Assembly: GCA_000320545.1 (NCBI GenBank)
Contig: ADNK01000135.1
Coordinates: 1 to 64,000 of the forward strand
From: Bigelowiella natans CCMP2755
Lineage: Eukaryota > Protista > Cercozoa
Length of the DNA stretch: 64,000 bases
Direction: 5' to 3'
A program made the position numbers and the translations under genes. This document shows positions 1 through 12,958 of this stretch, one piece after another. The notes beneath the pieces are model-generated. The model had not been told where the DNA came from. It saw nothing but the letters and a program-made list of their open reading frames with translations, and made no database searches. Every line of letters starts with the position of its first letter. Within the stretch, counting starts at the first letter, position 1.

Positions 1-462
1 CAGCCGGTGTTAAGATTGTGTAAAGTATCTTTACATTAAAGGGTATTATTGATACCGTACGCCCTCCTCGGAATACCGATTTTTAGCTACTTCCTTTCGC
101 GTGTTAGCAAGGTATTTTGAATGATAATACAAGAAAAACAACTATGGATGTGACGATTGCTGCAAGATGGAGGTTTCCCTGCCTGTGTACTATGGCTGGC
201 TTTGACTCCGACCCCCCCCCCCCCCCCTTTTCTTCTTCTTCTTCGTCATATATCGTAGGTCATTAACAAGTTCATCGTTATGATGACAGGGTAAGTATTG
301 CATCTAGAGAGGGGGGGGGGTGGGTGGGCTATTGTTGTTGTTGTTGTTGTTGTTATCTTTACACACACACACGCGCGCGCATACGTACCGACAGATATGT
401 CCTGGAATTCTTCACAGAGGAGCACAAAAAGCACATGTTTGGACAAGGAGGTGCTTTCGCTA

Positions 463-543
<81 letters not shown>

Positions 544-579
544 CACTTTGTTTCCATATTGTATGATGAAAGATACATT

Positions 580-619
<40 letters not shown>

Positions 620-906
620 CCTCCACAGGATTCAACTGGTTCATGGCGCTGACGTTGGTAAGGAATAAGCACCGATTAAGAACAAGTGAAAAATAAAAAA
701 ATACTTATCGACGTTCAGACGACACTACGACAGCTTGAATAGTATCTGTACTCCGACACGATTTTGAAAGTTTGCGGTACTTTTGGAGAAAACGAACGAA
801 CTTATGGTTGTTTCTCCTTTAAAATATTTCCTGATTTCGACGTTCGGTCTGACTTCTCTCCCACAATATTTTTGATTGGGTTCCCCCACACGCGTGCATA
901 CACACA

Positions 907-949
<43 letters not shown>

Positions 950-1185
950 GTGTAACACCGCAGCAGATGAAAGACTTGATTGCACCCCAACACTCATTAT
1001 GATGCATAACCACCATAGTTTCTCGAAACGTGCACGGCGCTGCTGATGGGCTCCGTGGTCTTCGTCCGATACGAATCTTGGGGGTGTGTGATGTATATGC
1101 AAGCGTGTATCAGAGTTAAATGGGCGCGCACACTCACGCGAATAATGAAGGTTTGTGATAGCATGATTTTTCTCTCCTCCCCTCG

Positions 1186-1229
<44 letters not shown>

Positions 1230-1627
1230 TCCCTCATCCTAGGTTCTTCGATGCTGTATACTTCAGTTTTGTCACGGTAAGAAACAACAAGAACAAGAAC
1301 AACAACTGACGTTCATCAGCATACTTGGGTGCTGCGGTTTTTGCTCTCCTCTTCCTCTTGCTCCTACTTCTGCTGCTGCTATTGTTCTAAAGGGTATTGC
1401 TCTGCTTGTGTACCTAACCGATATGCAGGTCTCGACGATTGGATTTGGTGACATGGTGCCTGAGACAACACCTACTAGAGGTACTATTACTACTAAGTTT
1501 GTAGTAGTATTTGTAGTAGGTGTTGTAGCAGTACCAGTAGTAGGAGTAGCGACAGAAGTAGTAATATTAGTATTACGAGGCCATTTGACAGCTGCGATGT
1601 ACCTATACATCTTTTGCGTCATTCGAG

Positions 1628-1659
<32 letters not shown>

Positions 1660-1999
1660 ACTACCAATCTTACTCTTATCAGCATAATAAAACAGCCTAT
1701 ATCACAATACTGCTTATACTACTGCTGCTTCTAACTCCTTCCTCCTCCCCCACCCCCCCCCCCCTTTTTGCCTCTCCTCCCTGCCTAATTCTTACGTAGT
1801 GCTGGCATCGATCTATATCATCCTATTCAATGGCAGGTGGTGTGCAGATAATTGTTGTTGTTTGACCTTTGTTAATGAGGATTGGGATTCATCAACGGTG
1901 AAAGTGTAGATACGGTGATAGTATCTTTCGGTGGGGAGGAGAAGACATGTATTATGATGTGATGGTCATCGTTCTGCTGCCAATACATCGAAATGATTC

Positions 2000-2045
<46 letters not shown>

Positions 2046-2064
2046 ATATAAATATATATCTAGA

Positions 2065-2113
<49 letters not shown>

Positions 2114-2794
2114 CATTACAAATGCAAATTCGTAAATGTGTACATATCGGGGGAGAGGGGTCAAGAAGGCGAGAAAGCCAAAAAACGACGGCTTTTAATT
2201 TTGCCCCCGAACCCAATAATACACCCATAGAAAAGCAACCGAAAACACGAAGAAATAGCAGGATGGCCTACATCATCACCACCACCATCATCACCCTCTT
2301 CTTCTTCCTCTTCATGATCTTCATCATCATCATACAGTATGGCTGGACTCCTCGGTGAGATGGAGAACATGTACGGGTTGCGATTCGATGAATTGGTAGT
2401 ACATAGTAGCTGGCAAACCATACGTGCATACATCCCCGATGCAGCTCGCCCATCAGCATCCTTCACATACACCATCTATGATGACACATAATGCCTGACG
2501 CGCCTCCCACGATGAGTGGAAGATGAAGGGGCTCAGGCGTAATATTTTACGAATGATGTTCTCGGGATATTGCTGATAGAGAGAAACTCCGATGATTATC
2601 GTTTCATAGGCCCAAAGTCATAGCCTTCTCGCTATTTAACTGTACTCGATATATCGTGATATTGATTATTTTTGGGAAGATTCGTGATGATAATAGCATA
2701 TGATGGACTAGGTGACGTGGGTATACGGTACGAAGGAGGAGCAAGAGAATGAGCTGCATTGTCCTGAGCAGCAGATTAAATCAACTGGTGAATC

Positions 2795-2829
<35 letters not shown>

Positions 2830-2883
2830 ACGACGACTACTTGGTGCTGAAAGACAAGATGAAACACGCACGCGTGTGTGTGT

Positions 2884-2934
<51 letters not shown>

Positions 2935-3324
2935 GGGAGGGGGGGGGAGGGGGGATATATGTGTGTTGCCTCATATCCATACAATCGTGACCTTTGAAGG
3001 CGTTTCTTACGGTGCGTTGGAGGAAATGGAGAAATCGCTTGATAAGGTCAGCATCAGCATCATCATCATCATCATCATCGCCGTCGTCATCATCATGATC
3101 ATCAATCTCTTCTTAGTCGTAGCAATCCCTAACATGCTCTTCACCATCAATTTCTCTTGCCGTTTCACTGTCTTCAGATGTCAGATACAGAGCTCATCGA
3201 CCTAGTAAAAAACAGTGACCCCGAGATGAATAGCGACAACATCGGGGAGGGCGGGGAGAAGGAGGAGGAGGAGGAGGAGGAGCCTCGCGTCTCCGTTGTG
3301 ATCGATTCCAAGCAGGACCGATAG
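1..3324 (+). CDS. Potassium channel, probably two-pore-domain/TPK-like; 3' part of a multi-exon gene whose 5' end probably lies upstream of the window
   Basis: Exon 1243-1276 (FFDAVYFSFVT) splices GT..AG to the exon at 1429 (VSTIGFGDMVPET), giving a pore helix plus the K+ filter TIGFGD. Further small exons are flanked by GT/AG (e.g. ~258-290 VINKFIVMMTG, ~395-450 YVLEFFTEEHKKHMFGQG, ~629-657 FNWFMALTL). The last exon MSDTELIDLV...SKQDR ends at TAG 3322-3324. Confidence 0.75.
205..3090. repeat. Dense intronic microsatellite cluster: (AC)n, (AT)n, (AG)n, (TTG)n, (CTA)n, (GAT)n, poly-C/G
   Basis: Directly visible, e.g. (AC)n(AT)n ~465-539, (TC)n ~585-615, (AT)n ~910-948, (CTA)n ~1629-1659, (GAT)n ~2797-2829, (GA)n ~2886-2930. 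Confidence 0.95.
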
Positions 3325-4554
3325 TAATGAACATACATCACACTTCGTCCGAAGTGTGGAACTTTATGACCTAAATACATTATTGGGAAACACTTTTAGC
3401 TTTAGTTCCTTGGTCGATATCATTTAATGATTTGCTGCGCACCATTGCCCATCCTCCATCTTCCTTTTGATTGTAAATTTGGAAATTTGTGGGAATATAT
3501 TTGGATTTGGGGTTCGAATAATAAACCCACCATAGTCTTCATATTTTGGTGCGCAATCCTCTACTAGACGACCTTCCCCATCATCAAAAGTCCCAATTAC
3601 AGAGTACGTAATAGACAACTCTAGTAACTGAGAAAACAAAAACACAACCAAAACGCCGTGAATCGGTATGGTTGTCCGTAGCGTTGTCTCTCGAACGCAA
3701 ATGGAGCGGGAAGAGGAAAACTGCAAAGTATGCAATCAATCCTGCTGCCCACCAGTGATACCACTTCAGGCTCTGCTTTTACATGCAGAACGACAGAGCT
3801 AGATGTAGAAAGATAACAAATTGAACGTATATCTTCTCATACCGAGAGGCGCTCAAGCGTTGCAGTACGCTGTATTGCTGTGCCGCTCGCTAGCTCGTGC
3901 CACAGCGCCTGTGTCTGTCACAAATGTGCGTGTGCAGAAAAACCCACATACATGACAGACATGCGTTGTGCACATGTGCCCGTCGATGTGAAACACATGC
4001 ACTTCTAGACTTGCATCATCAGTGAGAATACAAGCACATTGCAGCAACTATAATTCGCATTGATCGTGCCGGTGTGTGTTGTAGCACACATGTCGTGTTG
4101 TGAGAAGCATGTCTAGATGTACACAACAGATACATAGCCTGTGTACGCATCTTAGCTACAATGAACATTTGTACATGCTGTCGTGAATGAATTTCTACGA
4201 AAATGACGCAAGGGAAGACAAGGTGACAACAAGATATCACCATACATGTCACATGATCCGAATTTGAACAAATAAATTTATTTATCGAGTAGCTTCGGTA
4301 TGATTTGATCGTACTAAATACATGCTTGGCGTGCACATTTAACTTTATGATTATATATATTTTACAACTACATTAAGAGGGTGGGTGAGTAAATGATAAG
4401 GACAGCTGATCGGCCGGTACTACATGAGCTCTGTTGCGAAAGGTAACTAATGTGAGGTCTATACATGGCTGATTAAATTTGATAAGTTGCTCTACTTGCA
4501 AGTATCGCACATTTCTGTTTGGTAGTCAAGAACGTGGTGTTCTGTGTAATGATG

Positions 4555-5543
4555 TCACCTTCCATGACTTGCTTTGATCAACAGGACGTATACTAGAGAT
4601 ACGAATACTACAGTTATCATTAGTATTGGTAACGTAATGATAGCACGTTTCCAGCACGGCGGAGGGGGGCGATACATACGATCTCCGTGGTCGTTCACAG
4701 GTTCCCAAGAAGCCACCTCCTTTATGTCATAATATCCTTCCCGCTGATCAATCACCACAGACACGCATACGCATGAAAATATAATTATAAATCTGTGTGT
4801 AATATATATATATATATATATATATAGAGTATATGTGCATATGTTGTGCGAGTAAAATGCGTATTCGTGTATGTGCTTTGGCATTTGAAGAGTAGCAACA
4901 TCCCGTGTTGCATCTCAATAGCTTCTCTCTTGGATTGATCTTAAGCTACACTTACCCTGCAGACGTTCCTGGCTGCTTCTTCCCAGCACTCTTGGATCAT
5001 AGCCTCGATCATTCCTTACAATAACAAAAAATGTCATAACTATGTTCACCAAAGTCAGGAGGTATAAGATGGGGGGTTTACGGAGTAGTGGCGAAACTAC
5101 GAAGCCAACCGCAAAGACAATTCCCAGCTCAGCCCCTAATTGAAGAATGTGAGCTACGAATGGTTACTACACGATCTACGCCATATTCTTCGTATCACTG
5201 TTTTCCACACCATCTTTTGATAGGTCCAAAATTGAAATAAATCAGCGGCGTACCTTTGGACAAGTTTGAGGTCGAAATAAGCCAGCAAATCGCTGCCATT
5301 CCGAATATCACTGGTAAGCCGCACGTTCCTGCAGACAATGGAGTGTGAGGCACTCATGTGGAAGGAAGGATTTTCGATTCCAATTCACGTACCAAATAAC
5401 AAGAGGGGCGAGATATATGCTCCGTGTATTCTTAAACAACAGCGGGGGCACTTCTCAAAGCACTCACAGCTGACACACTCGGGCTCTTCGAAGTCCTCTG
5501 CGATGTCGCACCGATCGAAGACTACGGAGCTTTCCTCGTCCAT
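4555..5543 (-). CDS. Small multi-exon membrane protein, hypothetical
   Basis: ATG at 5543 (MDEESSVVFDRCDIAEDFEEPECVSCECFEKCPRCC...). GT-AG-flanked exons carry hydrophobic segments (GLPVIFGMAAICWLIS; LGIVFAVGFVVSPLL). The last exon ...RAIITLPILMITVVFVSLVYVLLIKASHGR* ends at 4555. Confidence 0.55.
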
Positions 5544-6008
5544 TGTCTCCCTCTTCAAAAGCACTTAAGCCTCAGATTGAATTGATTCGAGTCCTTTCGA
5601 ATTTGAAAAGCCCTTCCTTCTTCACGTCTCCCCGCCCCCCCCGCAGGAGTGAAGCACGTTCCGACTCCAGTAAAAACTATCAGGTACTCGCTAAATATTC
5701 TGACTCGTAAACCTTGTCGCAGAGTAAAAATCAACTGCGTTTTACTTCATCAAAATCCGTGTAAATGCCGGGGGAAAGTTACTGCAAACATGTTTTTTCG
5801 GGGAGTTTGTCCCTGGACCCGGGATGGAGCGGGACTACGTAACCAGTAAGAATGGACATTTTTCCTAAGATATTCCAGGTTGATCGAACAAGAAGCAACA
5901 CCGAAACTCATCGTTTTCTGGATTGATAAGATCACAAATGAAAATTAATGTGTCAATAATATTTGGAAGTATTATTATTTAGAAAAAGGCTATTTTGCGT
6001 TTTGGTGC

Positions 6009-7899
6009 ATGCGCCATGAGCCAGTCCTCAAAACCCAAGGCATCTCCCATCGCAGCATTTCATCCTATGGAGAAGGGTCAAGGAGCCAAGGCTCATGGAA
6101 GATATTTAGAGGGCATCAAACAAGTATAAATTCAAATATCAATTTGAGAATCATTTACAATGTCCCTTGGCTTCTACATGCCATTTTTATCCAGAAAATT
6201 GAACAAGAGGAAGCGAAGAGAAAGAATGAAAGCGAGGGGGAAATGGTACGAGAATATTTATGATGCAACGATTCATGCTCATAAGCAGCTAAAATCGTTC
6301 TTTTGGAATGCCTTGAAGACGATGAAAGGCGCTGCTGTGGAGGTTTCCGATGATGATGTGAAAACAGGTTGTACCCTATCCTTAGAACGATTGTGTCGAA
6401 ATCATCATATCGTTATTAATCATGCAGAGTCCACCCCAATCTTCAGCTGGGAGCAATTGAAAGAACTAGTACTAAAGAAGGGGGGACCGGCGTTTCCTCC
6501 CCAAGACAGGGTCAACGGAACAACAAACTCACAATCCAACCTCCGTTTGTTCGGTAAAAAGGAGCGTGATGTGCGTGTAACCTTCTACAGAGACAAGCAT
6601 GCGTGGTGCCCATATTGCCAGAAGGTACTTTGTAGATGTTTGTGAACACGTTGACACAGAGACGACAGTTACGTCGGGCAACAAGTTATTGTCGATAACC
6701 TGGAATTCTTTAGATTTGGCTATGGCTCGAGGAGATGAAAATTCCGTACAAAGTGGTTAAGGTGGGTGCAGACGATCACTTTTGTGGATAAACGTGGATC
6801 ATTCATCTTTTTACAGGTGACAATGTTTTGCTACGGTAAGAAGGAAAATTGGTACCTGTCACGAGTTCCATCCGGCATGCTCCCCGCTCTGGAACTAGAT
6901 GGCAAGATAATCACCGAGTCAGATGTGATTTTGGAAACATTGGAGGAGGAATTCGGACCACTTCACCGCGGAATGAATGACTCCTCCGTCTATAAATGCC
7001 GCAAGCTAGAAAGAGTACTCTTCCGCGCGTGGTGCATGTGGCTTTGCTCTCCATCCTCGGTGCACGCGTCAGTTGATCAGCGCTGCGCGATGATGTTTGA
7101 AGATGTCGTAAGGAAGGTCGAAGAAAAGATTGGAGAGACCTCCGGCCCCTTTTTACTAGAGAAATTTTCTACGGCAGACATAGTTCTCGCTCCATACATC
7201 GAGCGCATGAATGCTTCGCTATTCTACTATAAGGGATATCGCCTTCGCGATCCGAAGGAAAGGCCGCGAATCTCATCCTGGTTCGATGCTATGGAGGTAG
7301 TATACATGTAACGAACAACTCCTTTGTTCCTTTATTTACACCGTCTTTTTTGTTGCCGGACAATCTGATCGTAGGCGCATGCGACGTATAGAGGAACCCA
7401 GAGCGACATACACACTCATGTGCACGACCTCCCACCGCAAATGGGCGGTTGTTATAGCAACTCATCCGCACAGGCTATCAAGAACCAAAAGAAAGTCGAT
7501 TGTGGTCCTTGGGACAAGCAACTGCCTGATGTTGGGTACGGACAGGACCTCACGACCGCCAGAATCGATGCTGCTCACAGAGTTATCAAGCACAAGAAAA
7601 GTATCCTGTCAGTGAACCCGTACGGCGATAAAGTGACCGACGTCGCTCTACGCTCTGCGTTGACAGCTATGCTCACCGGCAAGAACTGTTCCGAGAATAT
7701 CCCCGTCAAGAAAGATGCTGACCGCGCTCTGAGGTACATTCGAGATCGAGTAAATGTGCCTCGAGACATGTCCGTGCACGCTGCAAGAGAGCTACGGACG
7801 GCGTTGGAGAAAACCGCGTCTGGAATCGGAGCTGGGAAAGGCCCTGTAATTCCAGTGAAACATCGCCGAGATCAAGACCCAAAGCTCTTTGGGAGATAA
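6009..7899 (+). CDS. Glutathione S-transferase family protein (cyanobacterial/algal long form with CPYC motif); start uncertain
   Basis: Spliced ORFs give NLRLFG...RVTFYRDKHAWCPYCQK|IWLWLEEMKIPYKVVK|VTMFCYGKKENWYLSRVPSGMLPALELDGKIITESDVIL (GST N-domain), a C-domain (GPFLLEKFSTADIVLAPYIERM) and the C-terminal motifs HDLPPQMGGC and RDRVNVPRDMS. Confidence 0.85.
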
Positions 7900-8574
7900 T
7901 TGATTTCATTCTAAGGAATTTGTGCGATCTATTCTAGCGGTACATAGATTGTACCGGCAAAATCTGGAAAGCTGTAGTATTGAGACAATGACAAGAATAA
8001 ATAGACACTGCCCTACGCGATAGGCAACTCGCGAGTGTGGCGCGGGTGCGGGTGCGGGTGCATGTACGTCTAGATGTGTATCTAGATATCTAGATATATG
8101 TGCTCGTAATATTAACGAACATGGATTGATATCTTCTAGAAATCTTACAGCCATGAGATTTCCTGCTAGCACATGTGCATGCAGTCATGCGGTACTATAG
8201 AGCAGTACGCGCATCTGCGATACATGTAGTGTGTCTCTATAGTCTAGCTAGCTAGATACTAGATAGTAGTACGTTCCGTTTTCGACTTATAACTACAGTG
8301 CTAGCACGTATATGATGTAGCTGTTAAATAGCTGTTCGCAAGCATATAAGCAGTCTAGCAGTATATTTATTTATTCTCAGATTGCACACGAGAATTAATC
8401 AAGAACACATATAGATATCCAGCATGTAGACATATGCCTGCATACTGAACTAGCGTTATATATCCGAGGAAAAGTATAGAGGGTGAAATTGGTTTGTAAA
8501 ATTCAGTAAGATCTACGTGCAATCAATGTTTACATTGTTTATACTTAATATTCATTTAATTTTATGAAATCTCT

Positions 8575-9590
8575 TACAATTGACGATTTAAGTAGAACGC
8601 CAAACGAAAACTAGAGGCTAAATCTCGTTCCTCGACAATGTTGATCCACTCTAAACTATGTTATATCTATGTCTGCTTTATCTGTGAAACGCTGACATTA
8701 AGTGTGTCAGAGTTTATACTTCTAGTATTTGAATGTTTCGAGTTCAGGTCTAAGGATCTAAGGGCATCATTTCTTCCTCTTTTTGAAGATTTTCTTACTT
8801 CCGTCTTCATCACAGAAGTAAAATCTTTTGGAATTGTATTTTCTATCTTACGATCCTTTGGGTCAGCTTGTCCAGTGAAAAAATTAATATTACCTAGATC
8901 GGATGTCAGCTTGTCTATTTCGAGAAACTCCTTGGCCTTTAAGTAGCTTAGGGGCTGCACTGTGATTTTCTTCCCACTTGCTGTCTGGAAAAGGGGTACC
9001 TCCGGAAAGTCGAACTGACTCGTTGCAGTTTGACCTTTCGTCTTTTCCTTTCTTCCAAAATATCCACTATTCTTGCCTCTCTTCTTTGAAACCATAGTTT
9101 TGTTTTTCCCATCAACCTCACCTGCGAGTATGAATGCTATTCAAGGAACTATTTTGCAAGAATTCACAACATCTGTGCTCACCAGAAATCGACTGGTGAA
9201 ATGGCGAACGAATCCTATTTCGATCCGATCTCTTCATACTTTTAGGCTTTGGCGATTTGGCCGCCAGCGTGTTTTCGGAGGAGGGGCACTTACTGCTCGA
9301 CATGTGGAGATCTGTCTCCATCTTTTGTACGACTTTCTTTCATCTATGTCTCACCTTCAGAAACAACTCTAATTTCCATTGATTTACGCTCCTCTTTTTG
9401 GCGGGTTGATGTTTGTTTCTCTACAACCAAATCCTCTCCCGCGACCTGCAGAGAGTTGAAATGTAGGTGATTTCCTCTGAGCTTCGAAACATTTCATCTT
9501 CTATAAAAATAAAACTACAAAGCGACATGATCTTCAGGATGTCGCACATTCTAATTCCCCTACCCAACGATTTCCCCCATAATCCTGCAT
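8575..9590 (-). CDS. Small low-complexity protein containing one BRC (BRCA2-type) repeat; exon limits approximate
   Basis: ORF 8667-9095 contains FQTASGKKITVQPLSYLKAKEFLE, matching the BRC consensus FxTASGKxVxVSxxSLxKAKxLF. Upstream ORF pieces 9118-9321 and ~9350-9450 are bounded by GT/AG sites. Confidence 0.55.
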
Positions 9591-9885
9591 CCGTTTGATC
9601 CCTGGGTAGGAGCTTGCGAGGGAGTGGGCTGGGTTACTGCGTCCAAGTTGTGAGCTGGCACAGATTTGGATAAGGATATGGAGGGTTTTCGAGAGAGAAT
9701 TCGGTTTTAGTAAATGTGCTTCTAATTTTCATGTGATACTATCTTTAATCCGCCCCGTAAAGGTATAGGATAACACGGATTTGACAGACGAAACTGGGAC
9801 TTTAATCGTCCTTACTGAGGGGAGACAAGTATAACGGAAGGAAAAAACACTAGTCTTTAACTTAAAGGCATTGAAAACAAGTATA

Positions 9886-10050
9886 ATGGCTAAGGGTCGG
9901 CGTCCGTCAGCTACGAGCTCCTCCTCTAATGCTTCAAAGGCTAAGGCCATCTACATGACCAAAAAAGAGTCTGTTCAATCTCATTACGTTAAGCAATTAC
10001 ATCTTATTTTTCAATATCATGTAGATTAAGCTCTTGCCCTCTTTCATTCA

Positions 10051-10109
<59 letters not shown>

Positions 10110-11382
10110 ACTCTTTCATCTTTCCCCCCAGTGTCTGTTCCTTGCTTTCCTTGATAATTTGTTGTGTTATTGATCTGACTCCAAGGTACAAAGATGTGAG
10201 GGTGCTGTGGTCACGAAAGAGCATCGAAATGTTCGAGAAGCTCTCTCCCACTATGTCCACTGCTCAGCAGATACAACTGAAGCGTTTCCTGAAGAACATG
10301 TTCAAATCAATTTTCACTCAAGTATGGGATTTCCCCCTCGTTTTCGACATACACTGCTGCACCTGCCCGCCAAAATTCGTATGCCATCCTTTTCTTGCAG
10401 TCACAGAGCAACGTTGAGTTTGAAGTCACAGATTTCTAAAATTCTAGGTGGAGAAACATGCAACTATCGGTGGAAGGCGACCAAGTATTCCCTAATTTTA
10501 ACCTATAATTGAGTAGTACTTTGTTAACCATGTGCTATTTTCAGAAAAAAATTCAGACGAATCAAAACCCAGTGCCAAAGACATCAAGATGCGGAAGGAA
10601 AAGCTTCTCGAGATGGTGAACGAGGTGGTATATTCCTGTGTTATGTCAACTGCCGAAGAAATGGGCGTGAGTGGGGCGGCCAATCATAACATATTCTTCA
10701 CCAAACTTCTTACTCGTTTAGACTGTCAAGAAGTCCTTAGAGTTCAATGAAGAAAAAGAAGATAAAGATGCAAGAGGGACTAAGAGAAAGAGGACCGCTG
10801 CAACAAAAATGCCTTCAGAGAATACGATTGCCACTGTGAAAGACATTCAGGAGCAGATAAAAGTCCACTTGGACAAAATTGAGGTAGGAATTTATACAAA
10901 TCCTTCATCAATGATTTAAGTACACATCATGAAAAGCAGAATGGGCACACCCATTATCCTTATCGAAATTAAGATAAGTTAAGCAGCTACATCGCTACTC
11001 AGGATGTGCAATCTGGCTATACGAAGGCAGCGCAAAATCTTCTGAAATACGTAAAGGGCCTCTCCGTCTTAGATGACGTAGATGTTTCCGATGCACTTCA
11101 GACCTTAGAACAAGGTTTTTTTTTCAATATCTATCGGTACCCGTGAATGCACACAAATTGAATCTTAGCGTTACACGCAGTTTGCAATGATGGTAATGGG
11201 GCGAGTTCCTCGTCAAGACATACGGCGGCCAGCAAGAGAGGAAAGCACATGAACAAGGTGGAGTATTTCGGATGCGAAAATGACAATAAAATAGATGCAA
11301 AGCTTATACGTCATCGTCACACTCGCGCTTTTCCTATCTTAACAACCAGGTTTCGAAAGCTCTTCGAGCGAGCAGATGGTAG
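9886..11382 (+). CDS. Hypothetical multi-exon helical protein
   Basis: ATG 9886 (MAKGRRPSATSSSSNASKAKAIYMTKK). Exons include YKDVRVLWSRKSIEMFEKLS... and EKNSDESKPSAKDIKMRKEKLLEMVNEVVYSCVM..., and the final exon VSKALRASRW* ends at 11382. No recognisable domain. Confidence 0.55.
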
Positions 11383-12133
11383 TGCTCCTGCATCTTGTTC
11401 GATGATTATGATGGCTGTCTAGTGTGCAGTGTGCATCAATATCCGAATATAATTGTGCTCGGGAAATGCCAATACTGCGCACAAAGGCCAGGACAATGAC
11501 GCTATTTTTTAAGATATCTTACTGACCGTTGAGAAATGTGAGTGTCCTTTTATGCCCATGTAAAATAGTCTTCACACGATAGATCTAATGGAACCAAATT
11601 CAGAAATGCACGTCTAGTCATCACGAATGCCTGCTTGTAGCCATGCCTAGATTGTGTGTATGCGCCGGATACGCATTTATATCACACTCCAGTGGCGCAT
11701 GAAATGCCTGTAATTAATCTGGCATGGACGGCCCTGCCATCTGGCAGTTCGTTTTATTTGTTCGCCCTGTGAGGTGCGCATCGGTCACAATGGTAGAGCT
11801 ATGCTCATGTTAGTAGTACAACTAACATTATTTCTGAGCTATGAAGCTAGGTCGGTCGCAATGCAACGGACGTACTACACGTACATACGTGCGCGACGAT
11901 ACGAGCAATGCTCGCGGTGCGATGGATGCACGATGCACGCATGTGCGTGCTGTGCTCAGATCTTGATTCACTTTGTGTCTCGCATCGCATATGCACGACA
12001 CACCTAGCGCAATCTAGCAACACAGCAACGGTTTCATCATGCAAAAGAAGAGCGTTGTTCAATGCGTAATAATGTGGGTGTTTGCCAAATGCCTTGGCGA
12101 TCGCCGAATTGCATCTCGTATACTGCAATAAAA

Positions 12134-12186
12134 GCTACATTAGAATGACAATTTAAAAGATTCAATAATTCATTGCATCCGTCTCA
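12134..12186 (+). mobile_element. Solo end of the TGAGACGG-TIR MITE family
   Basis: gctacattagaatgacaatttaaaagattcaataattcattgcatccgtctca followed by TA; homologous to 16601-16645 and 32852-32905. Confidence 0.7.
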
Positions 12187-12427
12187 TAGAGTGTGACAAA
12201 AGTTCTGATAGATATCAGTACCTGATGTGAGCATTTATGCCTAAGTGTCTACGAGTACGTGTCACGCTCTCAAAATGGCATCGTGCGAAAATGATGTGTT
12301 AGGACTGTGGCAAATGATGCAGAGATGGACCACTGATGTGGTATTACAACTTACACATTGAGAGACTTAAGTCTAAAAAGTAATGAAGAGATATCCGAAA
12401 CGCGATCTATGATCTTCTTCACCACTT

Positions 12428-12646
12428 TCATCTTGTACCCTCCTGAGTAGCGTACTTGGCGTCATTGTAGCCCCTCCAATCAAGGTGTCCTTCAGGATTT
12501 CCTTTGAGGAAAGCAGTCGCGGCCTGAGGATAGACCACGATGATGTTGCAGCTTTCCGCCCAACGATTCAGCCCAGTGTGCTTTACATACGTCTGGTCTA
12601 TCATGTATCCTTCATTAAGGTCGCACATGTAGGCGAGGTTCTTCAC
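12428..12646 (-). pseudogene. C-terminal fragment of an extracellular PHB-depolymerase/esterase-like gene, degenerate
   Basis: TYVKHTGLNRWAESCNIIVVYPQAATAFLKGNPEGHLDWRGYNDAKYATQEG resembles the conserved tail of this family (..GYNxWAxxNNIIVLYPQA...NPxGCWDWWGY...Y.TK.G), but the CWDWW motif is altered. There is no room for the N-terminal catalytic part before the next gene at 12959. Confidence 0.6.
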
Positions 12647-12958
12647 AACACTCTGGCTGACAGTGTAATCTCCACTTTAAAACCTTCGGTGCTCCTCGGT
12701 TCTGCATCTTCATCTGGGTCATGGAGATAAGCGGGAAAATTACAAGAGCAGAAACCGAGGCATGAGCGTTTAATTTCTGGTGAGTGTAGATCCATTAGTC
12801 GCGAGATGGAATCCCAATCAGGGTTTTGAGGCATGGATCATCATCACACGTACTATCATGTGGCGGTAATCCTGATTATTTGTCGAAATTTAGGAAGTTT
12901 TCCCCCTGCGACATACAATCGGACCCTCTTGTATTAAGAACTCATTCTTAATTTCGCA

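Noticed and set aside
246-2984. Many ORFs with poly-YI, CV, ER, HT or poly-S/L runs
   Set aside because: They are translations of intronic microsatellites, not genes.
3424-3800. Possible gene fragment on - strand (…KWYHWWAAGLIAYFAVFLF…; YSVIGTFDDGEGRLVEDCAPKY…)
   Set aside because: No start, coherent splice structure or recognisable family; too weak to call.
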